DNA of 64,000 nt from an uncultured Pseudomonadota bacterium (GTDB taxonomy: Bacteria > Oederibacteriota > Muellerivitia > Muellerivitales > Muellerivitaceae). The DNA lies in contig CAVYRH010000005.1 of NCBI GenBank assembly GCA_963770835.1, forward strand, positions 327,794 to 391,793. The letters are read 5' to 3'. The position numbers and the translations under genes are program-made. The notes beneath the pieces were generated by a model. That model made no database searches and was not told the origin of the DNA. It was given only the letters and a program-made list of their open reading frames with translations. Below, piece after piece: positions 24,561 to 35,202 of this stretch. The first letter of the stretch is position 1; each line of letters starts with the position of its first letter.

Positions 24561-26765
24561 ATGAAACGCACCTACCGGGATCTAAACGAAGAACAACGTG
24601 AAGCGGTTGTCCACAACGCCGGCCCAGCCCTGATTTTGGCGGGGGCGGGTTCGGGCAAGACCCGTGTCATCACTTATCGCATCCTCCGCCTTATGGAGGA
24701 AATGAAGGTCCCTTCCTTCCGGATCCTGGCGGTCACCTTTACCAACAAGGCGGCCCAGGAGATGAAGGACCGAGTGGCCAACCTGGCGGGCCACCAGCAG
24801 GCGAGGGAAGTTTTCATCGGCACTTTTCACCGCCTTTGCCTCCAAATCCTGAAGCTCCACGCGGAGAAGCTGGGTTACCAGCCAGGGTTCACCATTTACG
24901 ACGACTCCGACCAGAAGGCGCTCATCAAGGAATGCCTCTGGGACCTCAAATGGGACGAGAAGCAAGTCCATCCTTATGCGGTGCATTCCCATATCAGCGC
25001 GGCCAAGAATGAGTTGAAGAATCCCAAGGAGTACGAGGAACTGGTGGCGGGTGTTTTCCAAGAACGGGTGGCCCAGCTTTACCCCCGATACCAGCAGAAG
25101 CTTAAAGAAAACAACGCCATGGATTTCGACGACCTGTTGTTCAACGCCGTCCTCCTCATGAAACAAAACCCCGATATCCTGGAAGGCTACCGGAAGCGCT
25201 TCGAGTACATCCAGGTGGATGAGTACCAGGACATCAACACGGCCCAATACCAGCTCATCTCCTCCATCGCCCATCCCCTGAACAACCTCTACGTCGTGGG
25301 GGACCCGGACCAGTCCATTTACGGCTGGCGGGGAGCGGATATCCGCAACATCCTGCGTTTCGAGCACGACTTTCCAGGCGCCCGTATTTTCAAACTCCAG
25401 CAGAATTACCGCTCCACGAAGTCCATTATCCAGGCCGCCCAGGCGGTCATCCGCAACAACTCCCAGCGCAAGGAAAAGGAACTTTTTTCATTGCGGGAAA
25501 TGGGGGAGACACCCACCTATTACCAGGCGGAGGACGATAAGGACGAGGCGGAATTCGTGGTGAAAACCCTATATGAGCGGCTGGCCCAACCGGGCCGGTC
25601 CTTCCGGCACGTGGCCATTCTTTACCGCACGAACGCCCAGTCGCGCGTATTGGAAGACTCCTGCCGCAGGCACAATATTCCCTACATCATTGTGGGTGGG
25701 CTGAAATTCTACGACCGCAAGGAAGTAAAGGACCTGCTGGCTTACCTGCACGTGCTGGTAAACCCCAAGGATTCGGTGTCCCTGCGCCGCATGATCAATA
25801 CCCCCATCCGGGGCATCGGCAGCGGCACGGTGGCCAAGCTGGAGGAAAGTGCTAAGGGGCAGGACCTCACCTTGTTGGAAGCGGCCCGGCAAGCTTCCCA
25901 GAACGGCGAATTCCCTAAAAAAGCCACCCAAGCCCTGGCCAACTTCGTGGCCATGATGGACAGCCTCATCGCCGAGAGGGATTTGATTGCCCCCTCCGAG
26001 TTCGTGAAGCATGTGTTGGAAAGGTCGGGTTACCTGACCGATTTGGCAACGGAAGACACCTTGGAAGCCAAGATGCGGGCCGAGAACCTGAAGGAACTGG
26101 TGAATTCCGTGGTGGATTACCAGAAGAGCGCCGAAAAACCGACCCTGGAGGGCTACTTGGACCAGGTTTCACTCGTTGCCGATATAGACAAGCTGGAGGA
26201 TAAGAGGAACTGCGTGACCCTCATGACCATGCATAACGCCAAGGGCCTGGAATTCCCAATCGTTTTCATCACCGGCATGGAGGAGGGGCTGTTTCCGCAT
26301 AAAAATTCTATGGAAGAGGACAACCAAGTCCAGGAGGAGCGACGCCTCTGTTATGTGGGAATGACCCGGGCCATGGACATACTCTATCTTACAGGCGCTT
26401 CCTCCCGCATGGTCTATGGCACCCTTCAGTGGCGGACTCCCTCCCGGTTTCTTTCTGAAATCCCGAAGGAAATGATCCAGACGACCGGCAAGGCGGCAAA
26501 TATTGTTGCTACTGAGGGAGGACTTTACGAGGTCAAGGACGTCAAAAAGAAGGAGTTCGACGAGCTCAAGGACCCCGAATGGGACGATGAACCGGTGATG
26601 GTTCCCTATGGATTGAAAGATACTGTTCGGCACAAGATGTACGGGAAGGGAATAGTATTGGGCTTTATCGGATCCGGGGATAGCCTAAAGGTGACGGTTT
26701 CTTTCCCCAATCACGGCAAGAAAGACATTTTTGTTAATATGAATAAACTGGAGAAGGTCGAATAA
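24561..26765 (+). CDS. UvrD/PcrA/Rep-family ATP-dependent DNA helicase
   Basis: Walker A ILAGAGSGKTRVITYRI, motifs YIQVDEYQDIN and VGDPDQSIYGWRGA, and the C-terminal LTTMHNAKGLEF. 734 aa. Confidence 0.9.
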   Translation: MKRTYRDLNEEQREAVVHNAGPALILAGAGSGKTRVITYRILRLMEEMKVPSFRILAVTFTNKAAQEMKDRVANLAGHQQAREVFIGTFHRLCLQILKLHAEKLGYQPGFTIYDDSDQKALIKECLWDLKWDEKQVHPYAVHSHISAAKNELKNPKEYEELVAGVFQERVAQLYPRYQQKLKENNAMDFDDLLFNAVLLMKQNPDILEGYRKRFEYIQVDEYQDINTAQYQLISSIAHPLNNLYVVGDPDQSIYGWRGADIRNILRFEHDFPGARIFKLQQNYRSTKSIIQAAQAVIRNNSQRKEKELFSLREMGETPTYYQAEDDKDEAEFVVKTLYERLAQPGRSFRHVAILYRTNAQSRVLEDSCRRHNIPYIIVGGLKFYDRKEVKDLLAYLHVLVNPKDSVSLRRMINTPIRGIGSGTVAKLEESAKGQDLTLLEAARQASQNGEFPKKATQALANFVAMMDSLIAERDLIAPSEFVKHVLERSGYLTDLATEDTLEAKMRAENLKELVNSVVDYQKSAEKPTLEGYLDQVSLVADIDKLEDKRNCVTLMTMHNAKGLEFPIVFITGMEEGLFPHKNSMEEDNQVQEERRLCYVGMTRAMDILYLTGASSRMVYGTLQWRTPSRFLSEIPKEMIQTTGKAANIVATEGGLYEVKDVKKKEFDELKDPEWDDEPVMVPYGLKDTVRHKMYGKGIVLGFIGSGDSLKVTVSFPNHGKKDIFVNMNKLEKVE

Positions 26766-26782
26766 TTTCGAGGAGGGTTTGA

Positions 26783-27490
26783 ATGACGAAGCTTATTGAA
26801 AACACGGTCCAACTTAAGGTTTCCGACGGTACCGAAATGCAAGCATTCGTGGCCAAGCCGGAGGGGCCTTCCAAATCCGGAGTCCTGGTGTTCCAGGAAG
26901 CTTTCGGCGTAAACGTGCATATCCAGGAAGTGACGCGGCGATTGGCCCGGGAAGGCTACTTAGCCGTAGCCCCCGAGCTTTTCCACCGCACCCTGCCGCC
27001 GGGCGGCACACTACCCTATCCAACTAACAACGATTGGTCCTACATCATGCCCCATTTCAACGCCATCACCCGGGAAGGTTCCCTGGCGGATTACCAAGCC
27101 GCCTTTGATTGGTTGAAGGGTGAACTGAAGTCCGACAAGATCGGTTGCGTCGGTTTTTGCTTGGGTGGATACTCCTCCTTCACCGCCAACAGCCGCCTTC
27201 CCCTGAGGGCCGCGGTTTCCTTTTACGGCAGCCGCATCATGCAAAGCTTCGACTTGGCGCCGGAGCAAAAGGCGCCCCTTCTCCTCATCTGGGGTGGTAA
27301 AGACCAAAGCTCCACGCCGGAAAAACTGACGGAACTCGCCACAGCCTTAGAGGGAAAGAACTATGTCCAGGCCGTCTTTTCCGAGGCCGGACACGCCTTT
27401 AATTGCGACGACCGGCCGGCTTATCATGCCGCTTCCGCCGCCACGGCCTGGGCCATGACTTTGGGGTTCTTCAAGCACCACTTGGCTTAA
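26783..27490 (+). CDS. Dienelactone hydrolase-family protein
   Basis: GVLVFQEAFGVNVHIQEVTRRLAREGYLAVAPELFHR, and the nucleophile elbow GCVGFCLGG. Confidence 0.7.
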   Translation: MTKLIENTVQLKVSDGTEMQAFVAKPEGPSKSGVLVFQEAFGVNVHIQEVTRRLAREGYLAVAPELFHRTLPPGGTLPYPTNNDWSYIMPHFNAITREGSLADYQAAFDWLKGELKSDKIGCVGFCLGGYSSFTANSRLPLRAAVSFYGSRIMQSFDLAPEQKAPLLLIWGGKDQSSTPEKLTELATALEGKNYVQAVFSEAGHAFNCDDRPAYHAASAATAWAMTLGFFKHHLA

Positions 27491-27495
27491 CAGGA

Positions 27496-27639
27496 TGTAA
27501 CCCTGAAAAAGGGTTTTGTAGGGGCGGCCCTCTGTGGCCGCCCGGCATAAAACCGTTGAAAACAAAGGCTGAGCGATCACGATGGATCGCCCCTACAACT
27601 GCTAGACCACAAATCGAATCAAGTTTTTCAGAGGTAACA
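27496..27639. mobile_element. MITE-like non-autonomous element with ends related to the IS5-family element at 13.5-16.7 kb
   Basis: Left end TGTAACCCTGAAAAAGGG, right end AGTTTTTCAGAGGTAACA. The right-end reverse complement matches 17 of 18 nt of the IS terminal repeat. It is flanked by GGA/GGA and carries a palindrome (ttgtaggggcg...cgcccctacaa plus ggcggcc-ctctgt-ggccgcc). It lies directly after the stop of the dienelactone hydrolase gene, between convergent genes. Confidence 0.6.
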
Positions 27640-27662
27640 GGATGCTAAAAAGTTCAAAAGAT

Positions 27663-28775
27663 TTACGGGTTTAAGAGGTTTAACTGGGCGGTGCCGTCCA
27701 GGGACATCTGGACCTGGATGCCGTCCCGGTCCACAAAAGCATCCAGGACCCGGAACGAATCCACTTGGGTCACGAGACGGCTGTATTCCCCCACCGGGCG
27801 GGTCAAGACGGCGTTCATCCGTTCCCTCAATTGGTTCAGTTTCCCGCCGATAGGGATGTGGGCCTTCTTACGAAGGGCATTGAGGATGTCGGACTTCAAG
27901 ATCCAACTGGCTACCTGCATGAGAAGGTCCCCGGTTTTCACGTCGAAATCCAAGTGCCTCAAGTAAAACATTTCCTCCGCCGCATTGTATTGCGGGACAC
28001 CCCGGAAATAAATCGTCATTTGGGAAGGGCGTCCCCCGAGGTTGATGAACGGGTAGTACTCGATCCGGGTCTCGGCGATCACCTGCCCGGCCGCGCCGTA
28101 GAGTCTTACCCCCTTCACCCGCAAGTGGTAACTACCCGTCCCCCGGATGGGATAATTCACCAGGCCGCTTTTAGGATCGGCAAGGATGCGGTTGGCTTCC
28201 GCGAAGCTGATGGAAGTATTTCCGACGGCGTGGAACCCGGTGGAGCCGGGTTTGTAGGGCCGCAAGGGTGGAAGTACTTTCTTGACCAAGGCGGGTTTTT
28301 CCCCGAACGTTAAAATGGGGTAAGCCGTCATTTCAAGGACCATGTTCCAAAACAGGGGATTATGTTTATCGGTTTGGGCTAGACCGCTGCTCAGGGCTTC
28401 GGGCCGGATCAACAGCCAAATATTCTTGTCAATGAAGATGGGTTCCTGCATGGCGTCCCAAAGCTTGGTGATGCTTTCCAGCCCTGAAACTTCCATCACT
28501 GGAGGGGTAAGCCAGTGAAAGTCCCCGGGCTTTTGAACAGCGCTTCCTATTTTGTGGATCTCATGATCCACCCATAGGGTCAAATCCTTGGGGATTGAGC
28601 TTATTTTCGGCAACTTCACCGGAAGGCGGATGATGGCGGGCGGAGGAGGGCTAAAGGTGCGGGCTGCCGAGTCTGAAGGGGAGATGTAAAGGGACGATGC
28701 GGTGGTGGCACAACCCGAGAGTGCCAGTTCCAAGGCTGACAAAAGGGCGAAAAGAGAAAATCGTTGCGATAGCAT
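27663..28775 (-). CDS. Hypothetical lipoprotein
   Basis: Lipobox LALSGCATT after the signal peptide MLSQRFSLFALLSALE. 370 aa with no family motif recognised. Confidence 0.5.
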   Translation of the reverse strand: MLSQRFSLFALLSALELALSGCATTASSLYISPSDSAARTFSPPPPAIIRLPVKLPKISSIPKDLTLWVDHEIHKIGSAVQKPGDFHWLTPPVMEVSGLESITKLWDAMQEPIFIDKNIWLLIRPEALSSGLAQTDKHNPLFWNMVLEMTAYPILTFGEKPALVKKVLPPLRPYKPGSTGFHAVGNTSISFAEANRILADPKSGLVNYPIRGTGSYHLRVKGVRLYGAAGQVIAETRIEYYPFINLGGRPSQMTIYFRGVPQYNAAEEMFYLRHLDFDVKTGDLLMQVASWILKSDILNALRKKAHIPIGGKLNQLRERMNAVLTRPVGEYSRLVTQVDSFRVLDAFVDRDGIQVQMSLDGTAQLNLLNP

Positions 28776-28880
28776 GCCTTTAATATAAAACAGCCCGGGT
28801 CCGGTATTGGCCGAAAATATTGAGCTTTTGGGGTTCTTCTGGCAAGATAAGCGGCCCCAACTAATTAGGAGAAATGAACA

Positions 28881-29165
28881 ATGGCCCTATCCGAAAAAGA
28901 CGTCCAATACGTCGCCAAGCTGGCCCGCCTGGAAGTCACCGACCAGGAAGTGGCCAAATACACCCAACAATTGGCGAATATCCTCGAGTATGTCGAGCAG
29001 TTGAACAAGCTCGACACTTCCAACGTGGAGCCCTTGACCCACCCCCTGGACGTGAAGAACGTCTTCCGCCCGGATGAGCTGGTGCCGTCGCTGACCCAGG
29101 CGGAAGTGCTGTCCAATGGGCCTGAGGTCCAGTCGGGTCATTTTAAAGTTCCCAAGATCATGTGA
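28881..29165 (+). CDS. gatC: Asp/Glu-tRNA amidotransferase subunit C
   Basis: VQYVAKLARLEVTDQEVAKYTQQLANILEYVEQLNKLDTSNVEP. 94 aa, immediately upstream of gatA. Confidence 0.85.
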   Translation: MALSEKDVQYVAKLARLEVTDQEVAKYTQQLANILEYVEQLNKLDTSNVEPLTHPLDVKNVFRPDELVPSLTQAEVLSNGPEVQSGHFKVPKIM

Positions 29166-29171
29166 TTTGAA

Positions 29172-30644
29172 ATGAAAAACGAACTACTCGAAAAAACCAT
29201 CCACGAAGTCTCGTCAGACCTTAAGGCCAAAAAGGTCTCCGCAGTCGAACTGACCAAATCCGCGATGGATTACCTGGAAGAAATCGAGCCCAAAGTCCAA
29301 TCCTTCATCACCATCACCCGGGACGAGGCATTGAAACAGGCTGCTGAAGCCGACAAACGCCTGGCTTCCGGCAAGGATATTCCCCCCCTTACCGGCGTGC
29401 CTATCGCCATCAAAGACTTGCTTTGCACCAAGGGCATCCGCACTACCTGCGCCTCCCGGATGCTGGAAACCTTCAAACCACCCTATAACGCCACGGTGGT
29501 GGAGAAGCTTTATGGGGCGGGGGCCGTTTCCGTCGGCAAAACCAACATGGACGAATTCGCCATGGGCTCCTCTACCGAGACTTCCTTTTACAAAAAGACA
29601 AGAAACCCCTGGAACCTCAACTGCGTCCCGGGAGGCTCCTCCGGCGGTTCGGCGGCTTGCGTTTCCGCCGACCAGGCTTTCGCCTCCTTGGGGTCCGACA
29701 CCGGCGGTTCCATCCGCCAGCCGGCCGCCCTTTGCGGAATCGTTGGATTAAAGCCTACCTATGGCCGGGTTTCGCGCTATGGCCTGATCGCTTTCGCCTC
29801 CTCCCTGGACCAGGTGGGTCCCTTTGGCAAGGACGTCGAGGATTGCGCCCTCATGTTGGGGGTCATCGCGGGCCACGACGCCAAGGATTCCACCTCCGCC
29901 GACCTGCCGGTACCTGATTACGTGGCCGAGGCGAAGAAGGGCGTCAAAGGCTTGAAGATCGGTTTGCCCAAGGAATTTTTCCCCGAGGGGTTGAACCGCG
30001 AAGTGTCGGTGGCGGTGAAAGACGCCATTGCCAAATTACAAAGCCTGGGCGCGGAAGTGATGGAAGTCTCCCTGCCTTCGTCCCCTTACGGATTGGCGGC
30101 TTATTACGTCTTAGCCCCCTCGGAAGCCTCTTCCAACCTGGCCCGTTACGATGGCGTCCGTTATGGCTTGAGGGAACCGGGCGAAAACATAATGGAAATG
30201 TATTCCAAGACCCGCGCTGCGGGGTTTGGCTCCGAAGTCAAGCGCCGCATCATGTTGGGCACTTACGCGCTTTCGTCCGGTTACTACGACGCCTACTACT
30301 TGAAGGCCCTCAAAGTACGACGCCTGATCAAGCAGGACTACGATAAGGCTTTCGAAAAGGTGGATGTCATTGCCACCCCCACAGCCCCCAACCCGGCTTT
30401 CCGGTTCGGGGAAAAGACCGGAGATCCCCTTTCCATGTACCTGGAGGACGTCTTCACAGTCTCCATCAATATTACCGGCCTCCCGGGGTTGTCGGTACCA
30501 TGCGGAATGTCCAAGAGCGGGCTCCCCATTGGGTTGCAGTTAATCGGCAAGGCCTTTGACGAAGCCACGCTATTACGCGCGGCTTATGCTTACGAGCAGG
30601 CCACACCCTGGCATAAACAAAAGCCGTCGTTGAAAGAGGATTAA
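29172..30644 (+). CDS. gatA: Asp/Glu-tRNA amidotransferase subunit A
   Basis: Amidase signature [11 protein letters not shown], with [18 protein letters not shown]. Confidence 0.9.
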   Translation: MKNELLEKTIHEVSSDLKAKKVSAVELTKSAMDYLEEIEPKVQSFITITRDEALKQAAEADKRLASGKDIPPLTGVPIAIKDLLCTKGIRTTCASRMLETFKPPYNATVVEKLYGAGAVSVGKTNMDEFAMGSSTETSFYKKTRNPWNLNCVPGGSSGGSAACVSADQAFASLGSDTGGSIRQPAALCGIVGLKPTYGRVSRYGLIAFASSLDQVGPFGKDVEDCALMLGVIAGHDAKDSTSADLPVPDYVAEAKKGVKGLKIGLPKEFFPEGLNREVSVAVKDAIAKLQSLGAEVMEVSLPSSPYGLAAYYVLAPSEASSNLARYDGVRYGLREPGENIMEMYSKTRAAGFGSEVKRRIMLGTYALSSGYYDAYYLKALKVRRLIKQDYDKAFEKVDVIATPTAPNPAFRFGEKTGDPLSMYLEDVFTVSINITGLPGLSVPCGMSKSGLPIGLQLIGKAFDEATLLRAAYAYEQATPWHKQKPSLKED

Positions 30645-30753
30645 ATGGCGACCGCACCGACGCAAAACAGCGTCGGCGCCATGAAAATGATGATTATTTA
30701 TCCATTCTTGAATAAGAATTATTCAAGAATGGAAAGACATTTGGAGAATTTCC

Positions 30754-32205
30754 ATGGAATATGAACCAGTAATTGGGCTTGAGGTTCATTGCGAGCTCAA
30801 AACTGTCACAAAGCTCTTTTGCGGCTGCCGCACGACCTTTGGCAACGAAGCCAACACCCAGGTTTGTCCCGTTTGTTTAGGTTTGCCGGGTACCTTGCCG
30901 GTCATGAACCAGAAGGCGGTGGAATATGCCGTTAAGATCGGCCTAGCCCTCAACTGCACGATCGCCAAGTACGCCAAGATGGATCGGAAAAACTATTACT
31001 ATCCGGACCTGCCCAAGGCCTATCAAATTTCCCAGTACGACAAACCTCTTAACTATGGCGGTTACCTGGAAGTGCCGCTTAAAGATGGGATCAAAAGAAT
31101 CGGGATAACCCGAGCCCACCTGGAAGAGGACGCCGGCAAGTTGGTGCACGCGGGCGGCAAGGCAGGACGTTTGGATTCCTCCGATTATTCCCTGGCCGAC
31201 TACAACCGGGGTGGCATTCCGCTGGTGGAGATCGTCTCCGAACCTGATATCCGAAGCGCCGATGAGGCCTATGCCTACCTAACCGAATTAAAGAACATCC
31301 TGCTTTATATCGACGTTTCGGACTGCAATATGGAAGAGGGTTCCTTGCGTTGCGACGCTAACGTGTCCATCCGCCCGAAGGGAACCGAGAAATTCGGCAC
31401 CAGGACTGAAATTAAAAACATGAACAGTTTTAAATTCGCCAAGCAGGCCATGGAATATGAAATCAAGCGCCAGGCCGCCCTGCTGGATAAGGGCGAAAGG
31501 GTAGTCCAGGAATCCCGCCTTTGGGACGTGACCGAGAACAAGACCAAAACCATGCGCTCCAAGGAAGAAGCCCACGATTACCGCTATTTTCCCGAACCGG
31601 ACCTGGTACCAATCATCCTTTCTGAGGATTACATCAAGAAGATTAAGGACCAGCTCCCCGAACTGCCGGGCGCAAAGCGGGCCCGTTTTGCATCCAAATA
31701 CGGCTTGACCACTTATGACGCAGGGGTTTTGACCGCCGAACAGGAATTGGCCCATTGGTTTGAGGAAGGGGCCAAACACACGAAGAGCCCCAAGGGGCTC
31801 GCTAATTGGATGATGGGCGATATGACCGCCAAGATGAAGGAACAAGAAAAGGAACTCAAGGACCTCAAGTTCGACCAGAAGAAGCTATGTGAACTGGTGG
31901 ACTTAGTGGAAGCGGGCACGATCAATTCAAAGCAGGCCAAGGAAGTCTTCGCCGAGATGTTCGATATGGGGGTTTCCCCGGCGGAAGTGGTGAAATCCCG
32001 TGGCATGGCCCAGGTCTCAGACCCCAAGGCCATTGAAGGTGCTGTGGACAAGGTCTTGGCCGAAAATCCAAGTGTTGTGGCCGATTACAAGGGCGGAAAA
32101 CAGGGTGTGATAGGGTTCCTGGTCGGCAAGGTCATGCAGTCTACCCAGGGCAAGGCTAATCCCAAATTAGTGAATGAGATTTTAAAGAAAAAGTTAGATT
32201 CCTAA
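30754..32205 (+). CDS. gatB: Asp/Glu-tRNA amidotransferase subunit B
   Basis: YEPVIGLEVHCELKTVTKLFCGC, and the C-terminal GatB/YqeY domain. Confidence 0.9.
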   Translation: MEYEPVIGLEVHCELKTVTKLFCGCRTTFGNEANTQVCPVCLGLPGTLPVMNQKAVEYAVKIGLALNCTIAKYAKMDRKNYYYPDLPKAYQISQYDKPLNYGGYLEVPLKDGIKRIGITRAHLEEDAGKLVHAGGKAGRLDSSDYSLADYNRGGIPLVEIVSEPDIRSADEAYAYLTELKNILLYIDVSDCNMEEGSLRCDANVSIRPKGTEKFGTRTEIKNMNSFKFAKQAMEYEIKRQAALLDKGERVVQESRLWDVTENKTKTMRSKEEAHDYRYFPEPDLVPIILSEDYIKKIKDQLPELPGAKRARFASKYGLTTYDAGVLTAEQELAHWFEEGAKHTKSPKGLANWMMGDMTAKMKEQEKELKDLKFDQKKLCELVDLVEAGTINSKQAKEVFAEMFDMGVSPAEVVKSRGMAQVSDPKAIEGAVDKVLAENPSVVADYKGGKQGVIGFLVGKVMQSTQGKANPKLVNEILKKKLDS

Positions 32206-32340
32206 GATTTCGCCAAGAGCTCAATGAGTTCCAACTGCTTTTGGTTTCCGTAGGGTTTTTTACCCACTGTTTTCGTTTATGGGCCTTCCTTCCGGGTGTA
32301 GGCTGGTGGGGTTTCCGAAAGTCATTCTAAAAGAGGTGCT

Positions 32341-33204
32341 TTGATGATCAACTATATTTCTGGGCTCATTTTCGTCATCCTGCTCATCGTGGGCGGGATT
32401 GTTTCTTTCACGCTGGGCACGGCCAACGTGGGTCTGGGCGTTCTGGTGGGCATTCTTTGGCTGGGGATGGATATCATCATTTCCTCCGGCTGCCAGCTGG
32501 CGGCCCAATGGGAAAGAGGCGTGATTTTCCGCTTGGGCCAGTTCAGCGGCATCAAGGGACCTGGCTTGTTCTTCATCATTCCCCTGGTGGACCAGGTCAG
32601 ACTGGTGGACACCCGCATCCGGGCCGTGGACATCCCGGCCCAACAGGCCATCACCAAGGACAACGTGCCGGTTAAGATCAACGGCGTCATTTTCTTCAAG
32701 GTGGATAAGGCCGAGGATGCCATCATCAAGGTGCAGGACTACCGCTACGCCATTTCCCAGTACGCCCAGACGGCCTTGAGGGACGTGATCGGCCAGATGA
32801 CCCTGGACCAGATCTTGAGCGAAAGGGAAAAGATCAGCAAAATGATCCAGGCGGCGGTGGAGAAGGACACGGAAGGCTGGGGATTGGAAGTGACCGGGAT
32901 CAACATCCTCGACATCGACATGCCCGAGGAACTCAAGAAGATGATGTCCCGCCAGGCCTCAGCGGAGCGGGAAAAGCGCGCCACCATCACCAAGGCCGAG
33001 GGTGACAAGGAAGCGTCCATAAACCTGGCTGCGGCAGCCGCCACCATGGCCACCAGCCCTGGCGCCATGCAGTTGCGGACGCTGCAGACCATCGACGGCC
33101 TGGGGCCGACGGCTTCCAACACAGTCGTGATCGCCGTGCCGGTTGACCTGATGGACGCCCTGCAGTCGGTGGCGAAATCCCTCAAAGCCAAACAACAGGG
33201 GTGA
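32341..33204 (+). CDS. SPFH/band-7 (stomatin-like) membrane protein
   Basis: An N-terminal TM helix then QWERGVIFRLGQFSGIKGPGLFFIIPLVDQVRLVDTRI, followed by a coiled-coil C-terminus. Confidence 0.8.
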   Translation: MMINYISGLIFVILLIVGGIVSFTLGTANVGLGVLVGILWLGMDIIISSGCQLAAQWERGVIFRLGQFSGIKGPGLFFIIPLVDQVRLVDTRIRAVDIPAQQAITKDNVPVKINGVIFFKVDKAEDAIIKVQDYRYAISQYAQTALRDVIGQMTLDQILSEREKISKMIQAAVEKDTEGWGLEVTGINILDIDMPEELKKMMSRQASAEREKRATITKAEGDKEASINLAAAAATMATSPGAMQLRTLQTIDGLGPTASNTVVIAVPVDLMDALQSVAKSLKAKQQG

Positions 33205-33214
33205 TCCGGCTGCC

Positions 33215-33805
33215 ATGAGCCCTGTTTCTTACGGTCCTTCGGACGTCATCAACCCCCGCGGAAACCCTTTCGCGGGCCCCGTGCCGGAAAGCTTCTGGCT
33301 GACTAAGGCCCTTTTGTTCGACTTCGACTGGGTGATGGCCGAATCCAAGAACCTCCATTACAACAAAAAGGACTACGAGGACCCGACCCCCATCACGGCT
33401 TTAAAGGATTGCTTCCGCACGCTGCGCAGTTATGAAATCCGCCTGTCCCTTACCTCTAACCGGAAGAACAGTGACATCGTCCCGGAATTGGCCCGCCTGA
33501 ACCTGGTGGAGGATTTCGACAACATCCGCTGCTTTGACGACGTCAAGGAAGTGAAACCATCCCCCGAAATGCACCAGCTTTCCATTGATATGTTGGGGGT
33601 GAGGTCCTGGCGGGCGGTGGCTTTTGAGACGACCCTGGAAGGAGTGCAGGCCGCCAAGGCCGCTGGTATTTTTTGTGTGGGAATGCCTCCTGCGGTCAAT
33701 GGCCAGGCGGATATGAAGATGGATTCTTTCCTGGATACCCCGCTTATTCACGTTCTTGAAAAAATCGACCAGCTCAAACGCTCAGCCATTTCCCAAGCCC
33801 GTTAA
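33215..33805 (+). CDS. HAD-superfamily hydrolase-like protein (divergent motif I)
   Basis: LFDFDWVMAES (DxD with W replacing G) and the C-terminal AFETTLEGVQAAKAAGIFCVGMP (HAD motif III-like). Confidence 0.5.
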   Translation: MSPVSYGPSDVINPRGNPFAGPVPESFWLTKALLFDFDWVMAESKNLHYNKKDYEDPTPITALKDCFRTLRSYEIRLSLTSNRKNSDIVPELARLNLVEDFDNIRCFDDVKEVKPSPEMHQLSIDMLGVRSWRAVAFETTLEGVQAAKAAGIFCVGMPPAVNGQADMKMDSFLDTPLIHVLEKIDQLKRSAISQAR

Positions 33806-33985
33806 AGCCCTCAATTTTTCCCGGCAGTTTCATCTTCCCACAAAACATGCGTTTTTAGCCTTTGGCATTACGGCTCTATTTTTGACCGGTTAATGTTTTC
33901 CTAAAATTCGGGCAAGCACCCAAGAAAAATACAGCGAAAGGGAGTAGGGTTGAATGAAAGACCGATCGTTTTCGGGAGGGGGAAC

Positions 33986-34225
33986 ATGAAAAAGGAATGG
34001 GCGGTCATCATATGCTTGACCATCATGGGATGCCTGGGAGGGGTTGTGGGCTGCTTGAACGAAAATAACACCTCAACGCCCAAGGGGGGGAATTATGGCT
34101 TGGGAGGGCCCAACCCAACGTTCACTCCGGCTCCTTCCTTGACGCCGACAGCGACCGTAACGGCCACGCCGACCGCCACCCCGATGTTATTCTTTCCTAC
34201 TCCCACGCCGACCCCCACTTTGTGA
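33986..34225 (+). CDS. Small lipoprotein with a Thr/Pro-rich tail
   Basis: MKKEWAVIICLTIMGCLGG (lipobox) then TPAPSLTPTATVTATPTATP...PTPTPTPTL. The ORF is open from 33950. Confidence 0.45.
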   Translation: MKKEWAVIICLTIMGCLGGVVGCLNENNTSTPKGGNYGLGGPNPTFTPAPSLTPTATVTATPTATPMLFFPTPTPTPTL

Positions 34226-34233
34226 ATTGATTT

Positions 34234-35070
34234 TTATTTTTTTCTAAGGCAGGATTTTTCAAAATCCTGAATTGGCTTTTCATATTGGTAGGCCACACTG
34301 GGAAAGTCGTTATGGTTGATTCCCTTAATCACCAGCCATTCTTTCGGTTCCACCGCTTCCTCGAAAACCTTCTGGCCCAACTCAATCGGAATAATCGTGT
34401 CTTTTTCGGCGTGGGTTTCCAGCAAAGGGCAGGACCGTTCGGCCACATATTTGCCCGTCTCGAACTCGTCCCGAATCATGAAGGGAAAAACCAGGAGCCA
34501 GGGGTTCCTTTGCCGGCTGACGGCGTAAATGGAAGGGAAGGCTCCCTCCAGGATCAGCCCGGCGGGATGGGTTTGGGTGGCTAGCTCCGCCGCCACGGAA
34601 GAACCGAGGGAGTGGCCCCAGATCAGAATCCGGTTGTCCGGGATTCCCTTGTATCGGAGCCATTGATAGGCGGCGAAGGCATCGCCATCCACGGCCTTTT
34701 CGCTTAAGGGGGCCTTTTGGCTGCCACCATAACTTCGGTAGTCAAAAATGAGGGTGTCGAAGCCAAAATCATAAAAGATTTTTGAAACTTCCGCCAATTG
34801 AGAAAGACAGTCGGCATTCCCGTGGCAATAAAGAAGAACCGGCCGATGGTAATCCTTTTGGGGATGCTCGATCCACCAACCCGTCAGGGTGACGCCATCA
34901 AAGGAAGGAAAGGAAACGTCCTTGAAGTTCTTCAGGTGAAAATCGGCAGGAGTGGCGCCCGTCAGGCCGACGGGGTGAAAGACCAGTTTGCCTTGAAAAA
35001 CAACGTAAAGACCCAGAATGGACAAATAAGCCGAAACAAGCGGTAGCAGGACGATGCGGAGTTGTTTCAT
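34234..35070 (-). CDS. Alpha/beta-hydrolase-fold esterase/lipase
   Basis: Nucleophile elbow GHSLGSSVA, with an N-terminal signal/TM segment. Confidence 0.7.
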   Translation of the reverse strand: MKQLRIVLLPLVSAYLSILGLYVVFQGKLVFHPVGLTGATPADFHLKNFKDVSFPSFDGVTLTGWWIEHPQKDYHRPVLLYCHGNADCLSQLAEVSKIFYDFGFDTLIFDYRSYGGSQKAPLSEKAVDGDAFAAYQWLRYKGIPDNRILIWGHSLGSSVAAELATQTHPAGLILEGAFPSIYAVSRQRNPWLLVFPFMIRDEFETGKYVAERSCPLLETHAEKDTIIPIELGQKVFEEAVEPKEWLVIKGINHNDFPSVAYQYEKPIQDFEKSCLRKK

Positions 35071-35202
35071 TATTTCTCTTTTGGACAGGGATTTATCAAT
35101 TGGGTATAAACCTCAAATCAAAAAGCAATTTAGCCACGGATGAATGGGATTCACAGGATGGTTTAAAAGCAAAAAATCAAAGGAACTTAAAGTTTTAGTT
35201 TA

